From the NCBI GenBank assembly GCA_021789695.1, contig JAJYJH010000008.1, positions 8,595 through 72,594 on the forward strand: a stretch of DNA of 64,000 bases. The letters are read 5' to 3'. Source of the DNA: a bacterium (GTDB lineage Bacteria; Elusimicrobiota; Elusimicrobia; Elusimicrobiales; UBA9959). Under the pieces are notes generated by a model. It was given only the letters and a program-made list of their open reading frames with translations. It searched no databases and was not told where the DNA came from. Positions within the stretch are counted from its first letter, which is position 1. The number at the start of each line of letters is the position of its first letter. Shown here piece after piece: positions 55,055 to 64,000 of this stretch. A program made the translations under genes and the position numbers.

Positions 55055-57658
55055 CTAGCGCAGGGCGTTCAGCCGCGCGCGAACGGCGGCGTTACCCGGC
55101 TCCTGCTGCAGAAAACGCTCCCACTGCGCCCGCGCCAGGTCGTTGCGGCCCTCTTTCTCGTAGATGACGGCCAGACCGTACCTGGCCTGGTTATCGGAGT
55201 CGTTCTCAGCGAGCAGCGCCTGCAGATCGGCCTGCGCCTCCTCCAGCTTTCCGGCGCGGAAATAGAGCTTGGCCCTGAGCAGGCGCGCCTTGGACGAGGC
55301 CGGGGCCTCGGCAACGAGCTCGTCCGCCCGCGCCAGCTCCGTCTTGGAAGGGGCGGAGGTCTCCACGCTACCGGACAGACTCCTGTAGGAGCGCAGCCAT
55401 TCAAGCGCCGCGTCGTCCTTTATCCCAAGCTGGCGGGAAACGCCCAAAAGGTTCTCGTCGAGCGCCGGGTTGTCTGGATCCGCGTGAACGCCGCCTATAT
55501 ACGCCTTCCGCGCTTTCTTATATTCCTTCAGCACCGTGTAGAAATAGCCCTCGGCATTCCAGAGCTCGGCGTCCTGCGGGAAGATGGAAACCGCTTCAGG
55601 CAGATCTTTCAGGGCGGCCGGCGCGGCCGCGGCCTTGTCGGGCATGGCCAGGTATACCTCGGCCAGGGCGTGCCAGGTCATCGGGTTGAGCGGGTTTATG
55701 AAGGAGGAGAGCTGCAGGTCTTTCAGAGCCTCGTCCGCGCGTCCGAGACGTTTAAGGACTATCGCCCGGTTGAAGAAGATTTCGTCGTAACCCGGGTTGG
55801 CGCGCAGCGCCTGCGTGTACGCCCAGACCCCCTTCTGCAAGTCCCCCGCCCGCACATAGGCGTTGCCGTACTCGTAATCGCAGTTCACCTCGTGCGAATC
55901 GGCCTTCCAAGCGGCGGTCAGGGAATCTATAGCCGCGGTGATGGGGCCTGTGCGCACTTCCCTGAATCCGCGGAAGAAATAGAACTCGCGAGCCATCTGG
56001 CGCTCCCAGCCCCGGGCGCCCAAGACGCAGAATGCGATAAGCGCCCAGGCCGCCGCGACGCCGGCCGCCGGGCGGCGCCATGGTGCGCGCTGGCGCGTGC
56101 CGGAGGTTCTGAGCGCCAGCGCCCCCGCCAGCCACCAGAACGCCAGGGCTGGTACCGCAAAATGTATCGAGACGTTTATCGTATTGTCGGCCAGCGCGCC
56201 GGCCAGTCCCGCCGCCAGCGGCACCGCCGAATAGCGGGCCTCCTCGCCGGCAGAACGGTAGAAGCGCAGGAAGCCGGCGAACAGGGCGGCCAGGAACCAG
56301 AGGTACGCTCCCAGCCCGAGTATCCCGGACTGGGAGAACTGTTCAAGCACTTCGTCGTGCGCGTTATTAGCGTGCGTGCGCAGTCCGCGTATCGCCGGAT
56401 AGTCCACCAGTAGTCGGCCCTGGAAAAAAGGATAGAAAAGTTCAAACTGCCCCCAGCCGTTGCCGAGCATCGGGTTCTGCAGCCCCATCTGCCAGGCGCT
56501 GGCCCAAATCAGAAGGCGCTGGTGGAACGAGGCGTAAACGCGCCCGTGGTCGCCGGATAGGCTCACAGCCGAAGGGCTCTTTATACCGGAGGCGGCCTCC
56601 TCGACGCGCTCCGCCAGCCCCGAGCTGAACGGTTTCAGGTTGTCCGAAGGCCAGAAAACCACGAACAGCAGCAGCGCTGCTAGCAGCGGGTAAAGGAACC
56701 GGCCGTTGGCCTTCAACTGGGCGCGGTGAGAACCGAACACAAAAAGGAAAGAGACCGCGACGGCCGCGCCCAGCCACGACGAGCGCGTCAGGCTGGCCAT
56801 CAGCATTCCGGCCAGGGAAAAAAGCGCGAAAGAGTAGAAGACCCGCTTAACGGCGGTATCGGCCTTCATCAGCAGCGAGAGGGTGAAGGGCAGAAACATC
56901 ACCGCGTAGGTGGAGACGAAATTCGGGTTGCCGAAGGTGGAGACGGAGCGGTTGCCGTACGGATTAAGCAGCTTGCCCCAGACCAGTTCCAGATGGAAGT
57001 ACTGCAGTATGCCGTAGAGGGAGGCCAGAACGCCCGCGGACAGGCCCAGGTGCAGTATGTCCTCCTGGCGGCAGCGGCGCACCAGCAGCCAGGCCGTCGT
57101 GATCCCGGTGACCCAGACAAGGAAGCCGTAAGGGTCGAAGAAGCGGTCGAAGAAGGAGTCCCCTACCGCGGGACCCTTCAGCCAGGGGAAGAAAAACCAC
57201 AGCGAGCCCCAGCCCAGTATAAAAAACAGCCATTTACCCGCCGAGACCGGCGCCTCTTGCCCGGCGTACGGCACGGAAAGGGACAGGTAGAAGACGGCCA
57301 GGCAGTTCACGAGGAAGAAAAGGCCGGCCTTTAAGCCTTCGGAAGCCATCGCCGGGTGGAAGAACGGAGCGTGCCCGAACCAGGACCAGACGAAGGATAC
57401 CAGATACACCAGGGCCAGGACGCCGAGCGGCCTGGAGAGGTGCGTCGAGGGCATCAGCCAGCGGCCGCGCCTGACAGAATAGAACAGAAAAAGAGCCGCC
57501 GAGGCCAGCACCGCGACGTTGAGCAGCGCGATCTGAAAATAATAGGGGTTGCGGGTAAGCCCGGTGAAGAAGATCAGCGGCGACACCAGAAAAGCCGCCG
57601 TAAGCAGCAGCGCGAGAGGTCCGCGGGGGACAGGGAGATCATTGCCGGGTTCAGCCAT
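55055..57658 (-). CDS. O-antigen-ligase-family (Wzy_C) membrane protein with a C-terminal TPR domain
   Basis: STFGNPNFVSTY, NNAHDEVLEQFSQSGILG, more than 10 TM helices, and about 300 aa of TPR. Confidence 0.75.
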   Translation of the reverse strand: MAEPGNDLPVPRGPLALLLTAAFLVSPLIFFTGLTRNPYYFQIALLNVAVLASAALFLFYSVRRGRWLMPSTHLSRPLGVLALVYLVSFVWSWFGHAPFFHPAMASEGLKAGLFFLVNCLAVFYLSLSVPYAGQEAPVSAGKWLFFILGWGSLWFFFPWLKGPAVGDSFFDRFFDPYGFLVWVTGITTAWLLVRRCRQEDILHLGLSAGVLASLYGILQYFHLELVWGKLLNPYGNRSVSTFGNPNFVSTYAVMFLPFTLSLLMKADTAVKRVFYSFALFSLAGMLMASLTRSSWLGAAVAVSFLFVFGSHRAQLKANGRFLYPLLAALLLFVVFWPSDNLKPFSSGLAERVEEAASGIKSPSAVSLSGDHGRVYASFHQRLLIWASAWQMGLQNPMLGNGWGQFELFYPFFQGRLLVDYPAIRGLRTHANNAHDEVLEQFSQSGILGLGAYLWFLAALFAGFLRFYRSAGEEARYSAVPLAAGLAGALADNTINVSIHFAVPALAFWWLAGALALRTSGTRQRAPWRRPAAGVAAAWALIAFCVLGARGWERQMAREFYFFRGFREVRTGPITAAIDSLTAAWKADSHEVNCDYEYGNAYVRAGDLQKGVWAYTQALRANPGYDEIFFNRAIVLKRLGRADEALKDLQLSSFINPLNPMTWHALAEVYLAMPDKAAAAPAALKDLPEAVSIFPQDAELWNAEGYFYTVLKEYKKARKAYIGGVHADPDNPALDENLLGVSRQLGIKDDAALEWLRSYRSLSGSVETSAPSKTELARADELVAEAPASSKARLLRAKLYFRAGKLEEAQADLQALLAENDSDNQARYGLAVIYEKEGRNDLARAQWERFLQQEPGNAAVRARLNALR

Positions 57659-57670
57659 CGCCAGGGCCGG

Positions 57671-60121
57671 TCAGCGCGGCGCGCCAGCCGCGGACTGCCC
57701 GCCGCCCACCACGCTCTTTATCTCCGAGGTGCTCACACTCTTAGCGCGGCCGGCCTTTATCCTTGCCTCTACTATGGCCAGGTTGTGCTTGGCCTGAGCG
57801 TAGTTGGGATCGAGCTTCAGCGCAAGGTAGTAGTTTCTGGCCGCCTCGTCGAACTCCCTCAGCGCGTACTGCACGTTTGCCAGAAGGGTATAGCCTTCCG
57901 GCGTGCCGTGGTTATGATTGGGCACAAAGCACTTCCACGCGTCCACGTTATGCAGATACTCGGTCTCGGCGGCCTTGTAGTCGCCGCGCAGGATGTCTAT
58001 CTGCGCCTTACGGTAATAGGTAGGCGCGTAAACCGGGTCAAGGTTCTCGTAGAGGTTGAAGCGGGCCATCGCCTTGTCCAGGTATTCATTGGCCTTCTTC
58101 ATGTCCCCCTTCTGCACATAGTAGTCGTGCATCTTAAGGTAGAGAGTCCCCACCTGGAAATGCATCTGTACGTAGTTCGGCGCTATGCTGCGGACGTACT
58201 CGTAGGCGGCCATCGCGCGCTCGAAGTCGTCGCGGGGGACGTCGTTCTTATCCCCCCACTCCGGATGGTAGGACTTCTCCATGTTGAAGCGGTCGTTGAA
58301 AACGTTGCCGGTAAAATAATAGGGCATGATGAAGTACTTATCCAGTTCGTTCACCTTGCGGTAGTAGGTGATCGCGTCCTCCCACTTGCCCTGCTTGGAG
58401 AAGAAGATGGCCATGTTATGGTAGACGTCGCCCCTGAACCAGCCCCAGAAATAGTACATCGGCAGCAGCGTCATCAGGATGACAGCTGGAACGGCGACGG
58501 AAACCCCGCGCAGGAGCACGCCGCCGAAAGCGTAGACCGCGTAGCCCACGCAAACCAGCATAATGGCCCAGGAAACGTACCACTGCAATATCTCCCCGCC
58601 CGCGACGTAGTTCCGGATCGGGCCCTGCAGGTCGGAGAACTCGCCCAGTACCAGATAAGCCGTGTAAAGGACGGCCACTATGCCGGCCGCTCTGGCGATC
58701 CAGACCGCCAGCATATAGAACCCGCCTTTCTCCGGAGCGGCTACTTCGGGGGCCTTTTTCTGCTCCGGCTCGTCGCAGTGCAGTTCCCAGAGCGCGTGCC
58801 CCCGCGAAATATTGACGATCACCCCCGGCAGCAGGCCGAAGAAAATCCCGGAGGAGACAAAGCGCATACTGACGTCCGTGAAGTTATGTGCCAGCATGGC
58901 CAGGAGCGACGTAAGGTAGCCCAGCAAGTCATAGGCCACGGGCGGAGGCCTGGAACCTTTCAGGTTGGAGGTGAGGATACTCAAACCGCGCAGGCCGACT
59001 ACGGTGACGAACGCGATTATCCAGAGGTAGAGCCCGAAGCCGATGACGCCGTTGTCCATCCACTCCTCAAGGTGCTCGTCCTCGGCGTGGTCCGTTTCGG
59101 TGTTATGCTTCCCCTCTATGTGGAAGATGGCCGGCCTGCGATAGGCGGGATAGATTATCTTGAAACTGCCCACTCCCACGCCTACCAGCGGGTGCGTTTC
59201 TATCATCTCCCACGTGGACAGCCAGGTATTGATGCGGAAACTGTAAGAAACGGGATTCCCGAACTTGTAGATGATGAACAGGGCCGCCACGGGGATAACG
59301 GAAGCCAGTCCCAGGAAAGCGGCCTTGCCTATCCTCAACTTCTCGCGCAGGAAGAAGTAGCCGTAAAAGAGAACGAAAAGAAAGGAGGAAACCCCGAAGC
59401 CGAGGAAGGCGCCCTTGGTCTGTGTCCCGTACAGACACAGCAGTGACATCAGGACCAGCGGCAGCAGAAGCACAGACCTCTTCTTAAGGTACTGGGCCAC
59501 TATCAGCGGCAGTATCAGCACAATGAAGTTCCCGAAAAAATTTGGATTGCCGTAGGTCGAAAAGACGCGCGGGCCGAAGGCTCCGCGCCAGACGAACGGG
59601 TCGATACCCAGCCCCGGCCCCGGAGGGAAGAACCTGGTGTCGAAGAACTGGATTACTCCGTAAGTCATCGAGATATAGGCCGTCAACATCAGTATCTTCG
59701 TCAGGCGGTCTACGGCTTCGGAGGTGAACTCGCGTATCACTATCAAGGTCACCGACATATATAGGATGTAACGGACGAAATCATCAACGCTGGGGCCCTT
59801 ATAAGGCACGTGCGTAAACGAAACAATCACGTAGAGAAGATAGGCGAAGAACGGTGCCAGGAAGACGAAGTCCTGCCTGTGGAAGGCCCGCCGCCCTTCC
59901 AATATCAGCAGCGAGACCCATAGTCCAAGCAGACCGATGCCGCCCATCTGCAGCAGTGTTATCTTGACCTGCGCGGAATCGTAGGTGCGCAGGTAGAAGG
60001 TGTCGGAGACCAGGAGGTAGAGTATCGGCAACCACCACCAGATGACCTTTCTGGCGAAGCTTACCCCAGGTGCTGCTGCCACATAGTCGTCCGCGGCTGG
60101 GAGATTGTATTTTTTAGCCAT
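57671..60121 (-). CDS. O-antigen-ligase-family (Wzy_C) membrane protein with a C-terminal TPR domain
   Basis: STYGNPNFFGNF, DHAEDEHLEEWMDNGVIG, more than 10 TM helices, and a TPR tail. Confidence 0.75.
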   Translation of the reverse strand: MAKKYNLPAADDYVAAAPGVSFARKVIWWWLPILYLLVSDTFYLRTYDSAQVKITLLQMGGIGLLGLWVSLLILEGRRAFHRQDFVFLAPFFAYLLYVIVSFTHVPYKGPSVDDFVRYILYMSVTLIVIREFTSEAVDRLTKILMLTAYISMTYGVIQFFDTRFFPPGPGLGIDPFVWRGAFGPRVFSTYGNPNFFGNFIVLILPLIVAQYLKKRSVLLLPLVLMSLLCLYGTQTKGAFLGFGVSSFLFVLFYGYFFLREKLRIGKAAFLGLASVIPVAALFIIYKFGNPVSYSFRINTWLSTWEMIETHPLVGVGVGSFKIIYPAYRRPAIFHIEGKHNTETDHAEDEHLEEWMDNGVIGFGLYLWIIAFVTVVGLRGLSILTSNLKGSRPPPVAYDLLGYLTSLLAMLAHNFTDVSMRFVSSGIFFGLLPGVIVNISRGHALWELHCDEPEQKKAPEVAAPEKGGFYMLAVWIARAAGIVAVLYTAYLVLGEFSDLQGPIRNYVAGGEILQWYVSWAIMLVCVGYAVYAFGGVLLRGVSVAVPAVILMTLLPMYYFWGWFRGDVYHNMAIFFSKQGKWEDAITYYRKVNELDKYFIMPYYFTGNVFNDRFNMEKSYHPEWGDKNDVPRDDFERAMAAYEYVRSIAPNYVQMHFQVGTLYLKMHDYYVQKGDMKKANEYLDKAMARFNLYENLDPVYAPTYYRKAQIDILRGDYKAAETEYLHNVDAWKCFVPNHNHGTPEGYTLLANVQYALREFDEAARNYYLALKLDPNYAQAKHNLAIVEARIKAGRAKSVSTSEIKSVVGGGQSAAGAPR

Positions 60122-60134
60122 GATCTCTTGCAGG

Positions 60135-60169
60135 AAAGGGCCGGCACAGCCGCCCTCCTGCGGCCCTTT
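60135..60169 (-). terminator. Possible hairpin downstream of the tRNA
   Basis: A perfect 9-bp inverted repeat (AAAGGGCCG / CGGCCCTTT) with a 17-nt loop. Weak U-tract. Confidence 0.3.
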
Positions 60170-60221
60170 GAGCGCGCCCCGGACGCGCCGGGCCTGGAAA
60201 AGCGCATCCGAAAATATCTTC

Positions 60222-60293
60222 AGCCGAGGATGGGACTCGAACCCACAACCTGTCGCTTACGAAGCGAATGCTCTACCATTGAGCTACCTCGGC
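60222..60293 (-). tRNA. tRNA-Thr (anticodon CGU)
   Basis: A 72-nt cloverleaf folded by hand: acceptor GCCGAGG/CCTCGGC, D-arm GCTC/GAGC, anticodon loop TTCGTAA, T-arm GTGGG-TTCGAGT-CCCAT. No encoded CCA. Confidence 0.9.
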
Positions 60294-60304
60294 AACGATT
60301 GTAA

Positions 60305-60333
60305 ATTATATAGTAATTTTTAAAAAAATTCAA
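60305..60333 (-). promoter_or_regulatory. Sigma70-type promoter of the tRNA-Thr
   Basis: Minus-strand TTGAAT, a 17-nt spacer, then TATAAT. The -10 ends 11 nt before the tRNA 5' end. Confidence 0.65.
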
Positions 60334-60572
60334 AGTTCCGCAAGGAGAACGTTCCCGCCCGCCTTCTGCGGGAACAGAAAAGCACGATACTCGAGCTTCC
60401 CTAATATTCTTGACGTCAGTACCGCAAAGTGCCGCGGCGCAAAAGGGCGCAGGACGCTCCCTGCCGGGCTTTTAAGGCCGCTCTCGAGCGGACCGCGGCG
60501 CAGCCAGGACAAGCGGGACAGGGGGCGTTTTTTGTATAGTATGAGGCAGGAAAACGCGACAAGGAGCCGAAA

Positions 60573-62117
60573 GTGAACCCCTCAGCAGCAGAGCCTGCCG
60601 CGGACCCGATGGCCGCCGAATCCCTGCCGGAGCTGCCGCGCCAGCAGACCAACCCCTCGCGCTGGAACGGCGCGGGCTGGGCCGCTTTCGCGACGCGTCT
60701 ACGCTCCAGCGGGATAGAGATCTCCGAAAAAAGGCCGGCCCTGGCCGTCTACGCCACCGACAGCGGCGGGCTGGCCTGCGGTATGCCCCACGGCGTGGCG
60801 CTAGCCCGCAGCACGGAACAGATATCGGAAATCATGAAGGCCGCTCAGAAGTACCGCGTGCCGGTCACCGTCAAGGGCGGCGGGCTCACCACCGAGGGAG
60901 AGACCGTCGCCTACGGAGGGCTGCTGCTGGATATGAGAGGCATGAGCGAGGTGCTCTCAGTAAACAAAGCGGCCCTGACGGTGCGGACCCAGGCCGGCAT
61001 CTACTGGCATTCGCTCGCCGAGGCGCTAAGGCGCGAAGGCCTGGACTATCTCTCCGCCCCCCTCAACATGACCTCCTCCGTAGGCGGCACTCTGCAGGTG
61101 GGCGGCATCGACGTAAATTCCCCGCGGCTCGGCTGCAGCGCCGACCAGGCCGTGAGTCTGAAGGTAGTGACCCCGACCGGGGAAATAAAGGAATGCTCGG
61201 AGACCGAGAACCCGGAGCTCTTCGAGCGGGTACTGCTGGGCTACGGACAGTTCGGAATAGTAACCGAGGCCGTAATGAGGGTGCGCCCATTCACTCCGAT
61301 AACGATGCGTTATTTCTATTATTCCTCCATAGTCGAAGCGATGGAGGACCTGAAGATGCTCGTGCGCGGCGACGCGGCGGACTACTGCGGAATTCTGACC
61401 ATAATGGATAAGGCCGTGAACCTGCTGGTGGCCTTCGACTCCGACGGGCGGGAGGAGAACTTCTTACGGACCTGGCGAAAAAAATTACGCGGCCACGGCG
61501 AGGCGGGCTTCGCGCTGCGCATGGCCGTCCACTACGCCCTGCGCCCGTGGAAGTTCCAGGAGGCGCTCTACCTGCTTTCGCGCAAGAACGCCATGCAGCC
61601 CGAGTTCTTTCCTTATCACCACATGGAGAAAGGAAAGATCGTGGACCGCACCGTTGTCTTCAGCAACGCCGTCTGGAAGTTCTGGGGCGGCAAGAAGATG
61701 GTAATCCCCGACCTGGCCACCAGCGAAGAGAAATTTGTGGAAGCCATAGTGCGCGGCAACGAGGTCTGCAGGAAGTACTTCAAGCACTACACGCTCTACT
61801 GCGTGGCGATAAAGCTCAGGGACGGCCTGCCCCGCTACGAACTATCCTGTATACCGCCCGACGCGCGGGGCTACGCCTACGGCTGCGAATTCGAACCAAT
61901 GCTGGGAGACAGGGAGTACAGCCGCGACTATCTGCAGAGTTTTAAGAACGAGATTTACGACATCGGCGCGGATATGAAGACCAGCTACTACCGTTTCGGC
62001 GGGGGTATGAAGGGCTACATACGCCGCGCCTTCGGCAACGAACTGGTGGACAGGCACCTGGCGCTCAAGCGCGAAGCCGATCCAGCCATGGTACTCAATC
62101 CCGACGTTATCTTCTGA
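60573..62117 (+). CDS. FAD-binding (PCMH/FAD_binding_4 type) oxidoreductase
   Basis: VPVTVKGGGLTTEGE, VGGTLQVGGID and GYGQFGIVTEAVMRVRP. AAGGAG before GTG 60573. Confidence 0.7.
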   Translation: MNPSAAEPAADPMAAESLPELPRQQTNPSRWNGAGWAAFATRLRSSGIEISEKRPALAVYATDSGGLACGMPHGVALARSTEQISEIMKAAQKYRVPVTVKGGGLTTEGETVAYGGLLLDMRGMSEVLSVNKAALTVRTQAGIYWHSLAEALRREGLDYLSAPLNMTSSVGGTLQVGGIDVNSPRLGCSADQAVSLKVVTPTGEIKECSETENPELFERVLLGYGQFGIVTEAVMRVRPFTPITMRYFYYSSIVEAMEDLKMLVRGDAADYCGILTIMDKAVNLLVAFDSDGREENFLRTWRKKLRGHGEAGFALRMAVHYALRPWKFQEALYLLSRKNAMQPEFFPYHHMEKGKIVDRTVVFSNAVWKFWGGKKMVIPDLATSEEKFVEAIVRGNEVCRKYFKHYTLYCVAIKLRDGLPRYELSCIPPDARGYAYGCEFEPMLGDREYSRDYLQSFKNEIYDIGADMKTSYYRFGGGMKGYIRRAFGNELVDRHLALKREADPAMVLNPDVIF

Positions 62118-62125
62118 GGCGAAAA

Positions 62126-63046
62126 ATGGACCAGGATATACCCGCCGTAACAGGCTTCGGGAACTGCACCGGCTGCGCGGTCTGTCTGCTTACCTGCCCG
62201 GTCTGGCGCCGGACTCACGACGTGCTGATGACCAACTGCGGCCGTACCCGCTCGCTGCAGGCCGGCGCCGTCCCTGAGGACCTGGAGGCGTCCGCCGAGG
62301 CCTGCCTGTTCTGCGGCGCCTGCGCCGCCGTCTGCCCGTCCGGGGTCGACACCCTGTCGCTCACTGCCGCCCTGCGCGCGGCGCTCTCCTCGAAGCGCAA
62401 GGCCGCCGAACGCCGCCGTTGCGAGACTTCCTTTGCCTATGCCGGCAGGACAGTCCTCCTTCCGGGTCCTGACCTGCGGGCCGACGCGCTGCTGCTGGAG
62501 AAGCTGGCTTTGCTCCTGGGCGCGGCCGTCCCACCCGGCGACGAACTGCCAGACCTGGCCGCCGACCTTGACGCGGGCCTGCGCGCCGCGCCGGAGGAAC
62601 TGCGCGCCGCTACGGCGGCCGCGGACGGAGCCTCGGCTTTTGTGGCGGCGGAAGGCTTTGCGCTCAGGCACCTGAGGAAATGGTTCCCCGCCCTCCCCTC
62701 AAAAGGGCTGGGAGAGGCGCTGCTGGGGAGCTGCCGGGGAGGCCTGAGGCACGGCGACCTATACGTGGTGGATGCGCGCGCGTTCAACTCCGACCGCGGG
62801 CGCCTCGTAAGGTTCTACGACGCGATGAGGCAGGAGACCGGCTGCACGCTCAGCATCAGCCTGCAGCGCGCGGCCATTCCCGCCGGCCCGGCCCGCGGGA
62901 CGCCCTCCGCCGACAGCAAAGCCCAGGCGCGGTGGGTCCTGGACCACTTCCGGCCTCGGCGCATCGTAGTTGAAGCCCCCTCGGAACTGGGACTCTACCG
63001 CATGGTAGCAGGAGTACCGGTACTGCACCTGGGAGAGCTGGCGTGA
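62126..63046 (+). CDS. 4Fe-4S dicluster domain protein with an uncharacterised C-terminal domain
   Basis: CTGCAVCLLTCP and CLFCGACAAVCP. Confidence 0.65.
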   Translation: MDQDIPAVTGFGNCTGCAVCLLTCPVWRRTHDVLMTNCGRTRSLQAGAVPEDLEASAEACLFCGACAAVCPSGVDTLSLTAALRAALSSKRKAAERRRCETSFAYAGRTVLLPGPDLRADALLLEKLALLLGAAVPPGDELPDLAADLDAGLRAAPEELRAATAAADGASAFVAAEGFALRHLRKWFPALPSKGLGEALLGSCRGGLRHGDLYVVDARAFNSDRGRLVRFYDAMRQETGCTLSISLQRAAIPAGPARGTPSADSKAQARWVLDHFRPRRIVVEAPSELGLYRMVAGVPVLHLGELA

Positions 63047-64000
63047 GCGCGACAAAGACCGACGTGGTGATAGTCGGTTCCGGCCCTTCGGGCGCGGCAG
63101 CGGCCAAGCGCCTTACCGACGCCGGCTACGAGGCGGTAATGCTGGAGCGCAAGGCGATGCCGCGCCACAAGCCCTGCAGCGGAATCATCTCCCCGCGCGG
63201 CCACCGTTTCCTGATAGAGAACTTCGGCCCGCTGCCCGGCGAGACCATGCATGAGCCGCGCTACTGCCGCGGCGTCACGTTCCACTTCCCGCGCGGCGGC
63301 GCGCTACCGATGGACTTCGACGGAGGCCCCACCCCGCACATGCACAGGAAATACTGCGACGCCTGGGCCGTCAAGCGCAGCGGGGCCGTGCTGCACGCCG
63401 CCACGGAGTTCCTATCGCTGGAGGACGACGGCAGGCGCGTGCGTGTGCGCGCCAGCAGGAACGGAGAGCCACTCACGTACGACGCTCGCTACGTGATAGG
63501 GGCGGATGGCCCGCGCCTTGCGGTGGTAAAGTCCCTCTACCCGGAATACGCCAAGAGCATCCCATGGTTCGTCGTCGGACAGAAGTTCCACGCGATAAAG
63601 GAGTGCCCGCTGGACGAGGAATATTTCCATTTCTGGTTCGACCCTGGGCTCGGCCATTACACCTGGAGCCACGCCCGGGACGGCAGGCAGATCGTGGGCG
63701 TAGGCTTCAGGAGCGGCGAAGTCTTCGACACGAAGCACGCCCGGGTGGTGGAGCACCTGGAGCGCCGCCACGGAGTCAGGCTGGGGCCGGGTGAGGACAC
63801 GGAGATAGTTACCGCTAATTTCGGGCCGTCGCTGATAAACCGCTACGTCTTCGGCCGGGGGAACACGCTGATAACCGGGCAGGCGGCCGGCTTTTTCAAT
63901 ATGATAGCCGAGGGCATGAGCTGCGCGCTGCATTCCGGCGCCATAGCCGGCGAGGCGGCGGTGCAGGCGTTCCGCTACGGTTCCGACGTGCAAACGGTCT
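63043..64000 (+). CDS. Geranylgeranyl-reductase-family FAD-dependent oxidoreductase (partial, runs off the window)
   Basis: Hand translation from GTG 63043 (GTGA overlap): DVVIVGSGPSGAAAAKRL, HKPCSGIIS, YVIGADGPRL and GQAAGFFNMIAEGMSCALHSG. Open to the window end. Confidence 0.7.
   Translation, partial: MSATKTDVVIVGSGPSGAAAAKRLTDAGYEAVMLERKAMPRHKPCSGIISPRGHRFLIENFGPLPGETMHEPRYCRGVTFHFPRGGALPMDFDGGPTPHMHRKYCDAWAVKRSGAVLHAATEFLSLEDDGRRVRVRASRNGEPLTYDARYVIGADGPRLAVVKSLYPEYAKSIPWFVVGQKFHAIKECPLDEEYFHFWFDPGLGHYTWSHARDGRQIVGVGFRSGEVFDTKHARVVEHLERRHGVRLGPGEDTEIVTANFGPSLINRYVFGRGNTLITGQAAGFFNMIAEGMSCALHSGAIAGEAAVQAFRYGSDVQTV

Noticed and set aside
54788-59446. Long plus-strand ORFs (54788-56413, 56726-57334, 57356-59446) opposite the Wzy_C-TPR genes.
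   Set aside because: These are shadow frames rich in Arg/Gly/Pro/Gln. The minus-strand frames have TM-helix periodicity and conserved ligase/TPR motifs.
60351-60375. A perfect 8-bp inverted repeat (GTTCCCGC-n9-GCGGGAAC) upstream of the tRNA promoter.
   Set aside because: There is no adjoining U-tract on either strand and no gene that it could terminate. It may be a protein-binding site, but nothing in the sequence supports a specific call.

Overview
This is a GC-rich chromosomal segment (roughly two-thirds G+C by eye, not computed) from a diderm bacterium whose lineage cannot be assigned from sequence alone. Coding is almost gap-free. I saw no rRNA, CRISPR array or recognisable mobile element. 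Layout: (1) 0.1-9.6 kb is an LPS inner-core/Kdo and Lpt block (gmhB, hldA, kdsB, pyrG, kdsA, kdsD, lptC/A/B). (2) 9.7-13.4 kb is a minus-strand string of a TPR protein, an EndoIII-like glycosylase, a receiver domain, a gamma-carbonic-anhydrase-like protein and a flippase-like membrane protein. (3) 13.5-23.0 kb holds nadB and uvrA, which run without gaps into a glycan synthesis/export operon: GT2, GT4, radical SAM, a Wzm-like permease, and a Wzt-like ATPase fused to an HDAC-type deacetylase. (4) 23.1-31.7 kb is a minus-strand, translationally coupled nine-gene operon plus an isopentenyl-phosphate-kinase homologue. It combines an MfnB-type furan-phosphate synthase, three polyprenyl-synthase paralogues, a UbiA-like prenyltransferase, a radical SAM enzyme and a prenyl-diphosphate C-methyltransferase-like enzyme. 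(5) 31.8-40.4 kb lies head-to-head with (4). It is a RiPP-like set: radical SAM/SPASM, PqqD, an unlisted 34-codon ORF with an RRE-type YxxPxI-x3-G leader motif, a FabD-like acyltransferase and an HprK-related kinase. This set converges on GT2, a 1183-aa peptidase/beta-helix/nucleotidyltransferase protein, and a second GT2. (6) 40.5-60.1 kb is envelope machinery: a TPR-fused membrane glycosyltransferase-like protein, a type IV pilus/T2SS-like operon, and two tandem Wzy_C-TPR proteins. (7) A tRNA-Thr(CGU) with a near-consensus promoter. (8) 60.6-64.0 kb holds a flavoprotein, an Fe-S protein and a partial geranylgeranyl-reductase-family gene. The best candidates for an undescribed system are blocks (4) and (5), possibly one divergently transcribed supercluster (23.1-40.4 kb). 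All family assignments come from motif recognition by eye. No database search was run.
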